64,000 bases of DNA. Origin: a virus. Both the position numbers and the translations under genes were made by a program. The stretch lies in UHGV virus genome UHGV-1374396; one strand, written 5' to 3'. The notes under the pieces are model-generated. The model had not been told where the DNA came from, searched no databases, and was given only the letters and a program-made list of their open reading frames with translations. Numbering within the stretch: the first letter of the stretch is position 1; the number at the start of each line of letters is the position of its first letter. This document shows, one piece after another, positions 8,478 through 18,342 of the stretch.

Positions 8478-9900
8478 GTTTCAATTCATTAGCTTTGTTA
8501 GGGTCAGCATTAGGGTTTTTACCAGATTTATTAAATGATTCATCTAGTTTATTACCATATACTTCATCATATTTCTTACGTTGTTCTATGGTAAACTCTT
8601 TAGCTCTTTGCTTATCGATATCAACATGAAATAAAGCTCTACCCGTAGGTTGGCCATCACGTTGAACTACTAATTCTAGTCTTTGGATATTATCTTGCTC
8701 CTCTTGTTCTGTTGCATTCAAACCATATATTACTTGAGCATGTCTTACGATATCTACACATTTAGCAATATCGTTCTCATCGTATTTAGTAGTACGATGT
8801 TTCTTACCTTCTCGAGTGATATGGTTAGCAGTCCAAATCATGTCTAAATTCTCTGATTCTGCAAGATTCTGTAAATCTATGAACACATTAGAGATTCTTT
8901 CAAAGTCATCTCTATCACCTGCAATAGATGCCAACTTTGCAGCATAGTCCACCATTACAATGTCTATATGAATATTACGTTCTGATAACTTCTTTAAAAG
9001 TCTAGATATGTAATTACAATCTGTTACCATAGCAGGAACTCTTTCAACTACTAGTTCAACACCAAAACGTTGTAGTTTACGTATATGAGATAATTCCTGT
9101 TTATCATATTCTCCAGTGTATAAATCCTTTTTAGATTTATTAATAGAAGACTGTACTATACGGTCCATTATCTGATCTTTACCATTCTCAGTATCTATGT
9201 ATAGTACCGATTTTTTCATTCTTAGATAACCTAATGCCATATTAACTAAGAAGAATGTCTTTCTAGCTTTAGGTTTATCAAGTAACACACCTATTGAATG
9301 TACTGGAAACCCTCCTGCATTGGTTAACTTATTTAATTGTCTATAAGGTGAAGGTACTATAGCAGGGTCTGCCTGTCTCTTAAATTGTCGTTCTACTACA
9401 TCCCTAGTTAAGAATAAAGGCTCATCTTCTGATTTAGGTTTAGCCTGAGATATAATCTTATCCAGTTTCTTTTGGTATTCCTCATACTGATTGAAGTCAT
9501 TTAAATCGAATGATTCATTTAAATTCTTCATCGATACGTATGTAGCAAACTGATATACCTTTTCATTTATATATTCACTATCCCTTAAAGGGTTGCCATA
9601 AATATTATCTATTATATTATATATATTTGGTATATCATCTTTAGTTACCAAATCAACGTAATCCTTGCCTTCTAGTATATCCTTTATTACTTCTTTAAGA
9701 ATATTCTTAGAAGGTACTTTACCGTTTTTCTTGTAATACTTATTTAAACCTTCAACTATTACCGAGTGTTCTATTAGAGTAAAGTAACTTGATTTTACCT
9801 TACCTAAAGCTAAACCTCCTTTATTATCTTGTACGATAAACCGGATTATCTCAAGTTGGAAGTTTGGGTCAAATTCGAATTTGTGTTTATTATTCCTCAT
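8464..9900 (-). CDS. DnaB-family replicative DNA helicase (RecA-fold C-terminal domain)
   Basis: P-loop-like KPKARKTFFLVNMALG; H2-like IVMVDYAAKL; H4-like VVQRDGQPTG (DnaB QRNGPTG). Confidence 0.65.
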   Translation of the reverse strand: MRNNKHKFEFDPNFQLEIIRFIVQDNKGGLALGKVKSSYFTLIEHSVIVEGLNKYYKKNGKVPSKNILKEVIKDILEGKDYVDLVTKDDIPNIYNIIDNIYGNPLRDSEYINEKVYQFATYVSMKNLNESFDLNDFNQYEEYQKKLDKIISQAKPKSEDEPLFLTRDVVERQFKRQADPAIVPSPYRQLNKLTNAGGFPVHSIGVLLDKPKARKTFFLVNMALGYLRMKKSVLYIDTENGKDQIMDRIVQSSINKSKKDLYTGEYDKQELSHIRKLQRFGVELVVERVPAMVTDCNYISRLLKKLSERNIHIDIVMVDYAAKLASIAGDRDDFERISNVFIDLQNLAESENLDMIWTANHITREGKKHRTTKYDENDIAKCVDIVRHAQVIYGLNATEQEEQDNIQRLELVVQRDGQPTGRALFHVDIDKQRAKEFTIEQRKKYDEVYGNKLDESFNKSGKNPNADPNKANELKHGDI

Positions 9901-10045
9901 ATATGTTTCGTTGTTTATATTTCTATAGTATATATAGTTATATAATAGATCACCAATATCTACACTACTATAGTACTACTAGTAGATTCCTCAGCTTCTT
10001 GGTGAATATTTCTATCAAATATTTTGTAGAATTAAAAATAATAAT

Positions 10046-10053
10046 TATATTTG
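10046..10053 (+). promoter_or_regulatory. Bacteroidota-type -7 box TATATTTG upstream of the plus-strand gene at 10080
   Basis: TAnnTTTG match 26 nt before the ATG. Confidence 0.45.
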
Positions 10054-10079
10054 CAATATCAAATTAAATAAGAATAGTT

Positions 10080-10730
10080 ATGATAGAATCAGAAAAGAAC
10101 GGGTCAGAATTACACAGACTAAGACCTATGCAAGAAGGTTATGACGAAAACCTATTTAGGGAATTATACAAGGTTTGCCAACCTATAATAAGAAACTTAG
10201 TTCGTCAGATTGATTGTAAAAGATTTAACTTATCGCCAGATATTATAAAATCTCAATTCGATGATAAGTTATTATTTGTATTTAATAAATACTACGGGTC
10301 AGTTAGCAAAGACCAGTTAAAGTATACTATAATAAGAGCTTTAACTACTTATAAACTACACCTATTAAAATATGCTTATTCAGATAAGGCAAGTTTTTAT
10401 CAACACCAAGTATCACTTGATACTTTATTCGATAATGATAAAGAGTTATTTGATGATTCTGAAGAACAGATTAAGAAAGAGAATTTAATTAAAGAAGTAG
10501 ATAAGTATATGGAAGAACACTTATCTATGGATGCTTATCTAGTATGGGAAGCATTAAACCACCAGCCACCCTATATACGTAAAAGATTACACGGTGAAAG
10601 AGTTACTAACAGATTACTTGCAGAATTCTTCGATTTACCTAAGTCACGTAATTCAGTTAAGTATATTTCTAAACTAAGAGATGAAGTTCATCATTGGATG
10701 AAACAAGCTTCGAAAGATATAAAGTTATAA
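10080..10730 (+). CDS. hypothetical protein; possible divergent sigma-70-family/ECF-like transcription factor
   Basis: Plus-strand ORF with its own promoter-like box and a downstream terminator. N-terminal ENLFRELYKVCQPIIRNLVRQ resembles sigma region 2. C-terminal LLAEFFDLPKSRNSVKYISKLRDEV resembles a region-4 HTH. Similarity judged by eye only. Confidence 0.5.
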   Translation: MIESEKNGSELHRLRPMQEGYDENLFRELYKVCQPIIRNLVRQIDCKRFNLSPDIIKSQFDDKLLFVFNKYYGSVSKDQLKYTIIRALTTYKLHLLKYAYSDKASFYQHQVSLDTLFDNDKELFDDSEEQIKKENLIKEVDKYMEEHLSMDAYLVWEALNHQPPYIRKRLHGERVTNRLLAEFFDLPKSRNSVKYISKLRDEVHHWMKQASKDIKL

Positions 10731-10736
10731 CACAGA

Positions 10737-10767
10737 AATAGGGGCCAGAATTAACTGAACCCCTATT
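10737..10767. terminator. hairpin AATAGGGG-N15-CCCCTATT between convergent genes (bidirectional terminator candidate)
   Basis: Perfect 8-bp GC-containing stem between the stop of the plus gene (10730) and the stop of the minus gene (10801). Confidence 0.55.
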
Positions 10768-10800
10768 AGTGAACATATTTAATGAAAGAACAAGAAAGCC

Positions 10801-12336
10801 TTATTCAACTTTTATAATATAATATAGAGTGTAGTAAGGTGGTCTATTCTCATGAGCTTGGCCATTACCCGTTTTACCTGTTAGGTAGATAGTTCCATTA
10901 CCTTCATTTTTAGCAGAAGAAGTTCTTAAACCTTCATACTGTCTGGTTGCTGTAAAATTACCTCCAGCTTCATTTATACCTTCTTCCTCCAAAGCTTTAG
11001 GTACTGGGAAAGAATTACCGTCAGCTTTAGTATCATCTGCATAGATGTGGCTGTGTGATGGGATCTCCTGAACATTTAACGTATGTTTCTCTTCTCCACC
11101 TGTTGAACCAAGGTTGTAATCTGGTAAACTATCCTTAACTCCAACGATAAATCTACCTTTTAAATCTGGTAATCTGAAGTAACCCTCTGCAGTATTATAA
11201 GGCTTTCCCTCGGAAGATACTGCTTCGTTATACTTATTACCTAATACTGCGTATAATTTAGGGTAATCTTTTATGGATAAATATCTTCCATCGCATACCA
11301 TATAACCGTTTGGAGTAGTTGAACCAGCATACATTGTTACTGAACCAATCGGTACACTTATGAGTGATTTAAGTGTTTCTTCGATATACTTATTTAAATC
11401 ATCTATACGATTATTTATTGCTTTTAAACTACTTCGAGTAAGCTCTTGTATTAGTTCACTAAGATTATGGTAGCTAGATTTAGTATTACTAATTCCGCTA
11501 TATATAAAGTTCATTAATGACTTTATACTATTCTTGAATAGGTTATGGGTGAATAGTGTATAAGGTGCTTCACCCATAACGCTTCCTTGGTAGGGTACTA
11601 TAGCGAAAGGTTCTAATTTATTATTTACCTCATTTACTCCTGTACCATATATACCAACGAGTACCATAGAGTTTTTGTTCTTAGCAAATTCTGGGTAAGC
11701 TCTCATTACTGTATCCTCTAAACTACTGAATGAAACCTTATCCTTTACAACGGGTATGTTATCGTTGCTGCTAGTATTATACCATTTATATAAATCTCCT
11801 GTTGGATAGTATGGGTCTCTTGATTCTCTATATATAGAGTAGAAGTCATAGGGTGAGTTATTGAATATAGCTACTAGAGTTACTGGGTTATCTACCTTCT
11901 CTGGTATATGTTCATGATGTGCAAATAAGAATACCTCGTTACTCTCAGTACCTTCTATGGGTACTGTGATTGACCCTTGGCCAAGTCTTAGTATAGTTCC
12001 ATCTCTAGCTATCAGAGATTGCATTGGTTCCTCACCAGTAGATGAAGATGTGGTTCTATGTGAGTTTATCTTACTACGTACTACATGACGTAGTTGGTCT
12101 ACGTTTTCTTCTTTTGCAGATATTGAGTTCTCATCACCTGAGGCATAAGGGTAAACCACTAATTGTTTAATACCTCCACTATCTACAACTTTTGCAGAAC
12201 CAAATCCCGATATAGGTCCTACACCGGAAGTAATTCCGAAAGTTTCGCATAACCTCTTAGATGATAAACTATCACCATAATTGAAAAATGTTTCTTGTGC
12301 TGCCATATTATTCTTCTTTGTTAGTTTCTTGTTCAA
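10801..12336 (-). CDS. tail fiber protein with C-terminal tail-collar domain
   Basis: GSTTPNGYMVCDGRYLSIKDYPKLYAVLGNKY matches the phage tail-collar-fibre motif (GxLxCDGR...Y..L....G..YG). Confidence 0.65.
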   Translation of the reverse strand: MNKKLTKKNNMAAQETFFNYGDSLSSKRLCETFGITSGVGPISGFGSAKVVDSGGIKQLVVYPYASGDENSISAKEENVDQLRHVVRSKINSHRTTSSSTGEEPMQSLIARDGTILRLGQGSITVPIEGTESNEVFLFAHHEHIPEKVDNPVTLVAIFNNSPYDFYSIYRESRDPYYPTGDLYKWYNTSSNDNIPVVKDKVSFSSLEDTVMRAYPEFAKNKNSMVLVGIYGTGVNEVNNKLEPFAIVPYQGSVMGEAPYTLFTHNLFKNSIKSLMNFIYSGISNTKSSYHNLSELIQELTRSSLKAINNRIDDLNKYIEETLKSLISVPIGSVTMYAGSTTPNGYMVCDGRYLSIKDYPKLYAVLGNKYNEAVSSEGKPYNTAEGYFRLPDLKGRFIVGVKDSLPDYNLGSTGGEEKHTLNVQEIPSHSHIYADDTKADGNSFPVPKALEEEGINEAGGNFTATRQYEGLRTSSAKNEGNGTIYLTGKTGNGQAHENRPPYYTLYYIIKVE

Positions 12337-12805
12337 ACTCTGAAATCATATCCCTTAAACTAGAGAACCTTAGTGTTATGATGTATACTAGTACTTTCCA
12401 TACACTAAAACCTTTCTTAACACCGTGTAGTACACAGATGTGTGAATAGATGCTATCTATCTCAAAACCATAACATAGGATTAGTACTATTGAAGCTAGG
12501 GTTTTTGGTTCTATGCCCATTGGTTTACCAAAGGACATTCCTAGAAAAGAAGCAACTAAAATATAACATAAATAATCTACTGTCTTATTTAAAGTTCTTC
12601 TACATGCTCTAGAACGTCTTACTGGTTTATTTAAATGTATACTTTCTGATATGCCAAACCAAAAGTCTGCACCTATTAATACAAAAGCTAACATTAACAT
12701 CCAACGTAGTTCAAAAAATATATATTGAGCTTCTACACCAAGGGTTAAGGCTAATCCGCCTCGTACCCCTTGTGAAGTTAAGTGTTCTCCAATGTTGCTG
12801 TCCAT
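12308..12805 (-). CDS. polytopic membrane protein (3-4 TM helices) embedded in the tail-fiber cluster
   Basis: Hydrophobic stretches LALTLGV, MLMLAFVLIGADFWFG, YLCYILVASFLGM, LASIVLILCYGF. Confidence 0.5.
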   Translation of the reverse strand: MDSNIGEHLTSQGVRGGLALTLGVEAQYIFFELRWMLMLAFVLIGADFWFGISESIHLNKPVRRSRACRRTLNKTVDYLCYILVASFLGMSFGKPMGIEPKTLASIVLILCYGFEIDSIYSHICVLHGVKKGFSVWKVLVYIITLRFSSLRDMISEFEQETNKEE

Positions 12806-15510
12806 TCTTGATCTGTATTTATAAATAAGTTAATTATTATACCTCCTGTCTCAGGATCATATTGGTAATGGTCCTTATTTGTTCCATCAATAGACATCGA
12901 ATCTAATACACCGTTTGAGTTATTGAATATTGCCTTACTTGGTGTTGACTTAACTACTGGTTGTATATCATCTGGTAAGTGAGTAGAACCATCTCTAATT
13001 TCTAGGGTATGTACTATATCACCTACTTTGAATATATACTTTCCAGGCTTGTTAAGTGTGTAAGATTCTTGATTAGAGCCCTCTTCTGTTATATCATCAG
13101 GGTCTGTTAAGTATATGTCATATCTTTGTCTTAACAACTCTCTATCAATACCTAATACCTCTACTTGGAAGAACATACGGTCATCAAGGTTATTCATAGT
13201 AATAGAACTATAACTATCACTTGTTGACCAGGTTGTGTTCTCTGCCGTTTCTGTACCAGGTATTGGTACTAATCTTAGGTAATAAGGTTCTGGTAAAGTA
13301 GGTTCTGGTATTAAAGGACGTTTCACTTCAAAGCTTAATACCTTAGAACCTTCTGTATCTTTAATAGATATAAACCATGAACCTATGTAACTAGTTGTAA
13401 TAGCTACTACGTTAAAGTTTTCATCAACCTGTTCATATAGTATAGAATATTCTGGTATCTCGAATACACCTGGATTATCTGGGTTTAATGTTAATGTTTT
13501 CGTATCACCCTGCGGTGTTGTAACTTTTACAACTACATCTCTTAAATCAAAGGTTAAATCATTAGTCTCATCTACCCTTATCTTAGTAAAGAATTGAGCC
13601 TTTCCATTGCCCTCTGATATATACCTTGTATGTGTATCATAACCATAGAATTTTAGAATAGTTCTAGGAACTAAATTACATTGTACTGTAGCAGGGTTGA
13701 TAATGGTTGGGTGAGTTTTTGACATTAGTGTAAATGTACCAAGGCTTGGTAATGTAACTGGTGCTGAATCACTGTTTTTCCAACTATCTCCTGTTATAAC
13801 CGTACCCGATATTAGCCACTTAGTGTCATTATTAATAATATCTTTCCAATCCGAGAAAGCTAATATATTATCTGGCCTTGAAGATATATGTTTACCGTTT
13901 ATAGTGTTAGTACCGTAGGTTATACCCTTACCTTGTAATAACTTAATTACATCGTTAGGTGTTAGTTGAGTATCATCCTCAAATGATATAACTGGTAGGT
14001 TTGGATTTAATACTAGTATATCTATTTCTGGCATAGTTATACTATTTACAGAATCACCAGTCACATTGATAACTAAATTATCTGACCAGGGCAATTCTTT
14101 ATTACGTTCTCTTACTAATATCTTACCAGGTTGTAACGGTTGTACTGATTTATCATTCTCAACATTTAATGTTACTGATTTACTCTTGTTTAGTGAATGA
14201 TAGAATATGTTGGTTGATTCTTTGAATATATGGAAAATAGATACATTTTCTAATTTCTCATAGGTACCAGAAACAGGTTTGGTGTATGATATCTTGCCAT
14301 TTACTTTATCAAACCATACTGTGGTTGGCCATACAACTTCACCAGTATTAGAGTTAACTACACCTAAATACCTCTTTATACCATTACTGTATGTTCTTAT
14401 AGCAGTTACTCCAACTACTGAAGTGTGATACCTTCCCTTAGTTATTGACCAAGTATTAGATGATAAAGGCTCTAATGTATCGAATAGTGATTTTATAGAG
14501 ATATCGTCAGTATACTGTAGGCTATTATCGATTTTTATATATTCTACAGATACTTCAGTTCCGATATTTTCTCCAGATTGAGGTATAGTAGGTTCTGGTA
14601 CAAAAGTTCTGGTCCAATTGTTTAATCCAATCGGTAGTGAATCAATTTCGTAATAGTAAGGGGTTACAAGAATATTACCCTTGTTTTCACCAGTAAATTC
14701 TGATTTATTACCCTTGTATTTAGTAGTAAATCTAACTCCAGCTACCTCTTTATGTGTATTGTTATTATAGGCCACTACTCTAAAGTAATTAGTGTTCTGA
14801 CCTACATTGAAAGTTGAACCACTAGTTTTCCAACGTTTATTTACTGTATCGAAATATTCGATGTATAATTGATAAGGTAAGTCTAACCTTGATTGGAATT
14901 CACCTTTTATATATACTAAAGGTATCACATTGAAAGGTGAATATTCTGTTAACATGTCACATATAGTCTTATATACTGATTTCGGTATATTACCGTCTAC
15001 CTTATATATAACCGTAGGCACATTCTGTAAAGTATAATCTACATCTAAGCAGGTACTGTCTGATTCTGTATCATAGTCCATTATACTTTCTTTCAAAGGG
15101 TTTTGATTTGATACGTTCTCAGTAATGCTTAGTGATAGATTGTTTTCTTTATTGTGTAATTTCTTAAACAGAGTAATGAAGAACTCTTTACTGCCCCGGT
15201 TCTTTATAAACCACGTAGACATAGATATTATCTCTCTACGTTGTCTATTTGTTAACTTAAGTGATTCAATTGAGTTACTTCCGGTAAAAGGTATACTGCC
15301 TAACTGTTTAGCCAGTAAATCTAAGTTCTTTTCATCTGTATTATCTATAGATATTACGTTTAAGAACTTATCAATATTTTCTTTTACTTTATACAAGGCA
15401 TCGCCTATCAACTCAAGGAAGCTTTCGAGTAAACCTTTGCCTTTTACCTTATAAGAATCGAATTCCTTATAATAGCTTGGTAGTAGATTTATAAGTTGTT
15501 TTATATCCAT
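12778..15510 (-). CDS. baseplate protein I-like N-terminal domain fused to a long fiber/receptor-binding region (910 aa)
   Basis: N-terminus LLPSYYKE...LDLLAKQLGSIPF...RQRREIISMSTWFIKNRGSKEFFITLF resembles P2 gpI-family tail protein. Sits immediately downstream of the J-like gene. Confidence 0.5.
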   Translation of the reverse strand: MDIKQLINLLPSYYKEFDSYKVKGKGLLESFLELIGDALYKVKENIDKFLNVISIDNTDEKNLDLLAKQLGSIPFTGSNSIESLKLTNRQRREIISMSTWFIKNRGSKEFFITLFKKLHNKENNLSLSITENVSNQNPLKESIMDYDTESDSTCLDVDYTLQNVPTVIYKVDGNIPKSVYKTICDMLTEYSPFNVIPLVYIKGEFQSRLDLPYQLYIEYFDTVNKRWKTSGSTFNVGQNTNYFRVVAYNNNTHKEVAGVRFTTKYKGNKSEFTGENKGNILVTPYYYEIDSLPIGLNNWTRTFVPEPTIPQSGENIGTEVSVEYIKIDNSLQYTDDISIKSLFDTLEPLSSNTWSITKGRYHTSVVGVTAIRTYSNGIKRYLGVVNSNTGEVVWPTTVWFDKVNGKISYTKPVSGTYEKLENVSIFHIFKESTNIFYHSLNKSKSVTLNVENDKSVQPLQPGKILVRERNKELPWSDNLVINVTGDSVNSITMPEIDILVLNPNLPVISFEDDTQLTPNDVIKLLQGKGITYGTNTINGKHISSRPDNILAFSDWKDIINNDTKWLISGTVITGDSWKNSDSAPVTLPSLGTFTLMSKTHPTIINPATVQCNLVPRTILKFYGYDTHTRYISEGNGKAQFFTKIRVDETNDLTFDLRDVVVKVTTPQGDTKTLTLNPDNPGVFEIPEYSILYEQVDENFNVVAITTSYIGSWFISIKDTEGSKVLSFEVKRPLIPEPTLPEPYYLRLVPIPGTETAENTTWSTSDSYSSITMNNLDDRMFFQVEVLGIDRELLRQRYDIYLTDPDDITEEGSNQESYTLNKPGKYIFKVGDIVHTLEIRDGSTHLPDDIQPVVKSTPSKAIFNNSNGVLDSMSIDGTNKDHYQYDPETGGIIINLFINTDQEWTATLENT

Positions 15511-15511
15511 A

Positions 15512-17224
15512 TTACATTACTTCTTTAATATCAAGATTAAGACCTTCTCCAGTAAATACTATAGATGAGAATTTATTAGCTTCAAAATCATGGCCAGGTT
15601 CATTTACTGTAAATTGGAACTTACTGCCATTAGGTATATCATGTATGTTATATAATTTAAGATTGAAACTAATATGGTTTTTAGTATCATCTATAGTTAC
15701 CAATGTTTGATTTTTATCGAAATTTCCTGAACTATAACCTCCAGTTGTAGAGTATAATCTATAGCCTTCAGAGCTGAAAGTTATTAGGTAGGTTACTGAT
15801 TTTGAATTCCTGATACTACCCGTACCAACTCTGGTATAGTCTAGATTCAAGTATGTATGTCCGTATATAGATTTAACATAAGGTGTTATATACATATCCT
15901 TGATATATAAATAATCTACCTCTTTAAGGTTATCAATTAATGAATATATATCTGAAAGCCTTACAGAATTGCCTAAACCATAATTACTAGAGTTATATTC
16001 ATTATATAGAGCAGATAGTATAGCATTTTTAATACTTACTTCACTAGAACCAGGTTTACCAGTTACCTGCATATCTAATTTTAACTTGGTTATATTAGCA
16101 GGTAATACTGTAATAGAATCACCAATAGTTGACCTATCGGTTATATATTTCTTTACATTACTTATCAATTGAGAAGAAGGTGATACACCGGGAGTTAGTG
16201 AAGTTATATACAGCACTTTGTCCAATACATTGGTTGTATCTATTGCAGCATCTTTAACGCCAGGTACTTGTTTAGCCAGGTCTACGAAATCTTTATTTGT
16301 AATGGCTTTTCCTTGTGTTCTAGAGAATGAAGATATTACTTCTCGTAGTACTTCTATGTTGTCTTCTGTAAAACCATCTGCAGAAGCTTCTGGGTTATTA
16401 ACAGTTACGTTTTCACCTAATACCTTTATACTATCAGGTACTTTAGTTATACTACCTTGTTGAATGTTACCGTACTCTCCCAGGGTTATATAATAATTTA
16501 TCGTAATGTCTTTACCAGAGGGTAGCCTATGACCTAGTGGGAATTTTATATAAGTGCCTGTGTTGTTTGTATACAATCTGTATACTTTATCAGTTAGTGG
16601 ATTGTAATTAGCAAAGGTATCAACCAAGGTATACTTATCAGTACCTACATACATTGTAAAACCTACAGTACTGATATGTTTAGTTGTATCTGAGTTTGGT
16701 ACTCTTATATCTATACCATTAATTATATCTGTTGAAGGTATATTTATATTACTAACTAACTCTATCTGAGATAGTGACATCTTTAATTGTGTAGTATACT
16801 TAGGCCATACTATATCAGATAGAGTTTGCCAAGTGTTACCGTTACTATCATAGAAAATGGTACCTGAAGGTATATTATTATCTACCTGAGAAGTGTCTGG
16901 GTGTATACATCTAGTTAGTATAACGTTTACTGTAGCAGGGTTTGCTCCTCTTGGTAAGTAGTCTACTAAAGCTCCATGTGATAATACTGATGAGTATAAT
17001 CTTGCTGAATCTAAGAAAGATTCTCTTGCAGCATTATCTATGTAATAATGTAACATCTCTACTACAGCAGCTACTGCAGAGATTATGATAACCAAGATAT
17101 TACCTTCAGATATATCCGTTATTAGTTTACCTCCCGTCGGACTTGGTATAGATGTAAGAGCAGATATCATATCTCTCTTTATATCTTGGAAAGATCTGCT
17201 ATAAGGGTTTGTCCATTTATTCAT
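15512..17224 (-). CDS. baseplate J-like protein
   Basis: N-terminal FQDIKRDMISAL...GNILVIIISAVAAVVEMLHYYIDNAARESFLDSA pattern of the Baseplate_J family; position between W-like and I-like genes. Confidence 0.55.
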   Translation of the reverse strand: MNKWTNPYSRSFQDIKRDMISALTSIPSPTGGKLITDISEGNILVIIISAVAAVVEMLHYYIDNAARESFLDSARLYSSVLSHGALVDYLPRGANPATVNVILTRCIHPDTSQVDNNIPSGTIFYDSNGNTWQTLSDIVWPKYTTQLKMSLSQIELVSNINIPSTDIINGIDIRVPNSDTTKHISTVGFTMYVGTDKYTLVDTFANYNPLTDKVYRLYTNNTGTYIKFPLGHRLPSGKDITINYYITLGEYGNIQQGSITKVPDSIKVLGENVTVNNPEASADGFTEDNIEVLREVISSFSRTQGKAITNKDFVDLAKQVPGVKDAAIDTTNVLDKVLYITSLTPGVSPSSQLISNVKKYITDRSTIGDSITVLPANITKLKLDMQVTGKPGSSEVSIKNAILSALYNEYNSSNYGLGNSVRLSDIYSLIDNLKEVDYLYIKDMYITPYVKSIYGHTYLNLDYTRVGTGSIRNSKSVTYLITFSSEGYRLYSTTGGYSSGNFDKNQTLVTIDDTKNHISFNLKLYNIHDIPNGSKFQFTVNEPGHDFEANKFSSIVFTGEGLNLDIKEVM

Positions 17225-17225
17225 A

Positions 17226-17615
17226 TTAATATAGGTTATAAGAAAGTCCTAAACTATGTTCACTACCGTTACTTATTAAATTATAGGTTATAACCATGTT
17301 CACGGTACTACCATCTTTGATAGTGTTAATATCTTTTATTTTAATGCGTGGCTCGTATTTACTTATTGCTATACGTAGGTAAGTGTATACAGCACGGTCT
17401 AGTACTAAATTATTAGGTTCTTCTATTATACTAATTAATTTATTACCGAAATCTTCTTGTCTTATACGTTGACCTACTGTATATTGCAATATCGATACGA
17501 GGTTATCTTGTATAAGTTGTATATCACCTTCTACTGGATATACACCTGAATGCCCTTTAAACTCTGTTACTTTTAAAGGGAATGTAACACCAACGCCTAT
17601 GTTTATATCTTCCAT
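17226..17615 (-). CDS. baseplate wedge protein gpW/gp25-like
   Basis: VSILQYTVGQRIRQEDFGNKL...ISKYEPRIKI (GPW/gp25 signature with EPRI). Confidence 0.65.
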   Translation of the reverse strand: MEDINIGVGVTFPLKVTEFKGHSGVYPVEGDIQLIQDNLVSILQYTVGQRIRQEDFGNKLISIIEEPNNLVLDRAVYTYLRIAISKYEPRIKIKDINTIKDGSTVNMVITYNLISNGSEHSLGLSYNLY

Positions 17616-17618
17616 AAT

Positions 17619-18332
17619 TTAATGTTTGAAATCGGGGTTTTCGAAGTCTGTTTTATTTATAGGTGATACCGGTTTCGTTACCTGCTGTGTAGTTGGTGAT
17701 GTTAATCCTGGACCAGGAGTAATACCGGGGTGTGTATGAGTGTTAAAAGCTAATCTCAAACTATCTACCTCTTTCACTAATTTATTTAGTACACTCTCTA
17801 AATCCTCAGACCTTGGTACGCATTGTTTACCTTTATTAATTGATACCTTATCATTGGTAAGTATTTGTACACTAGAACCTGATACAATATTTATACCAGT
17901 TTTACCTTCTCCGTGTATAGTAATACCGTCTGGTGCTTCTATAAACATTGTACCTGTTTCATCATCAATCAATACTCTAGTACCTCTTGGTGTAATTATA
18001 CCGCATACTGATTTAGATTTAAAATCGTCTGGCATTTCGTCCTGAGCCCAACTATGCCAACCCCATAATGGTTTTCCAGGGTCACCGTTTTCAAATGAGA
18101 CATATACTACATCGTTAAACTCGGGTAAAGGGTGAGATCTAAACCCACCCTTATTGTATCCGAAATTACATATTGGTAATGCCCAATCTATTATTTGTAA
18201 TTCAGGTATATATACTTTTAACCTATCCATATTAACCTCGTCATCGTTTGAAACCACTATGCCTCGGTATACGGAGTAGTATCTACCTAGTGCTTCTAGG
18301 CCATTATCTACTATTTCTGAAATTGCTGACAT
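17619..18332 (-). CDS. baseplate spike/assembly protein V-like (gpV/VgrG-like OB domain)
   Basis: GIVVSNDD...RLKVYIPEL...VVYVSFENGDPGKPLWGW matches the Phage_base_V pattern. Confidence 0.55.
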   Translation of the reverse strand: MSAISEIVDNGLEALGRYYSVYRGIVVSNDDEVNMDRLKVYIPELQIIDWALPICNFGYNKGGFRSHPLPEFNDVVYVSFENGDPGKPLWGWHSWAQDEMPDDFKSKSVCGIITPRGTRVLIDDETGTMFIEAPDGITIHGEGKTGINIVSGSSVQILTNDKVSINKGKQCVPRSEDLESVLNKLVKEVDSLRLAFNTHTHPGITPGPGLTSPTTQQVTKPVSPINKTDFENPDFKH

Positions 18333-18342
18333 AATCTATGTT

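Noticed and set aside
9864-10067. 67-aa plus ORF in the divergent intergenic region
   Set aside because: Overlaps the start of the DnaB-like gene and the promoter box of the 10080 gene; Tyr/Ile/Ser low-complexity product.
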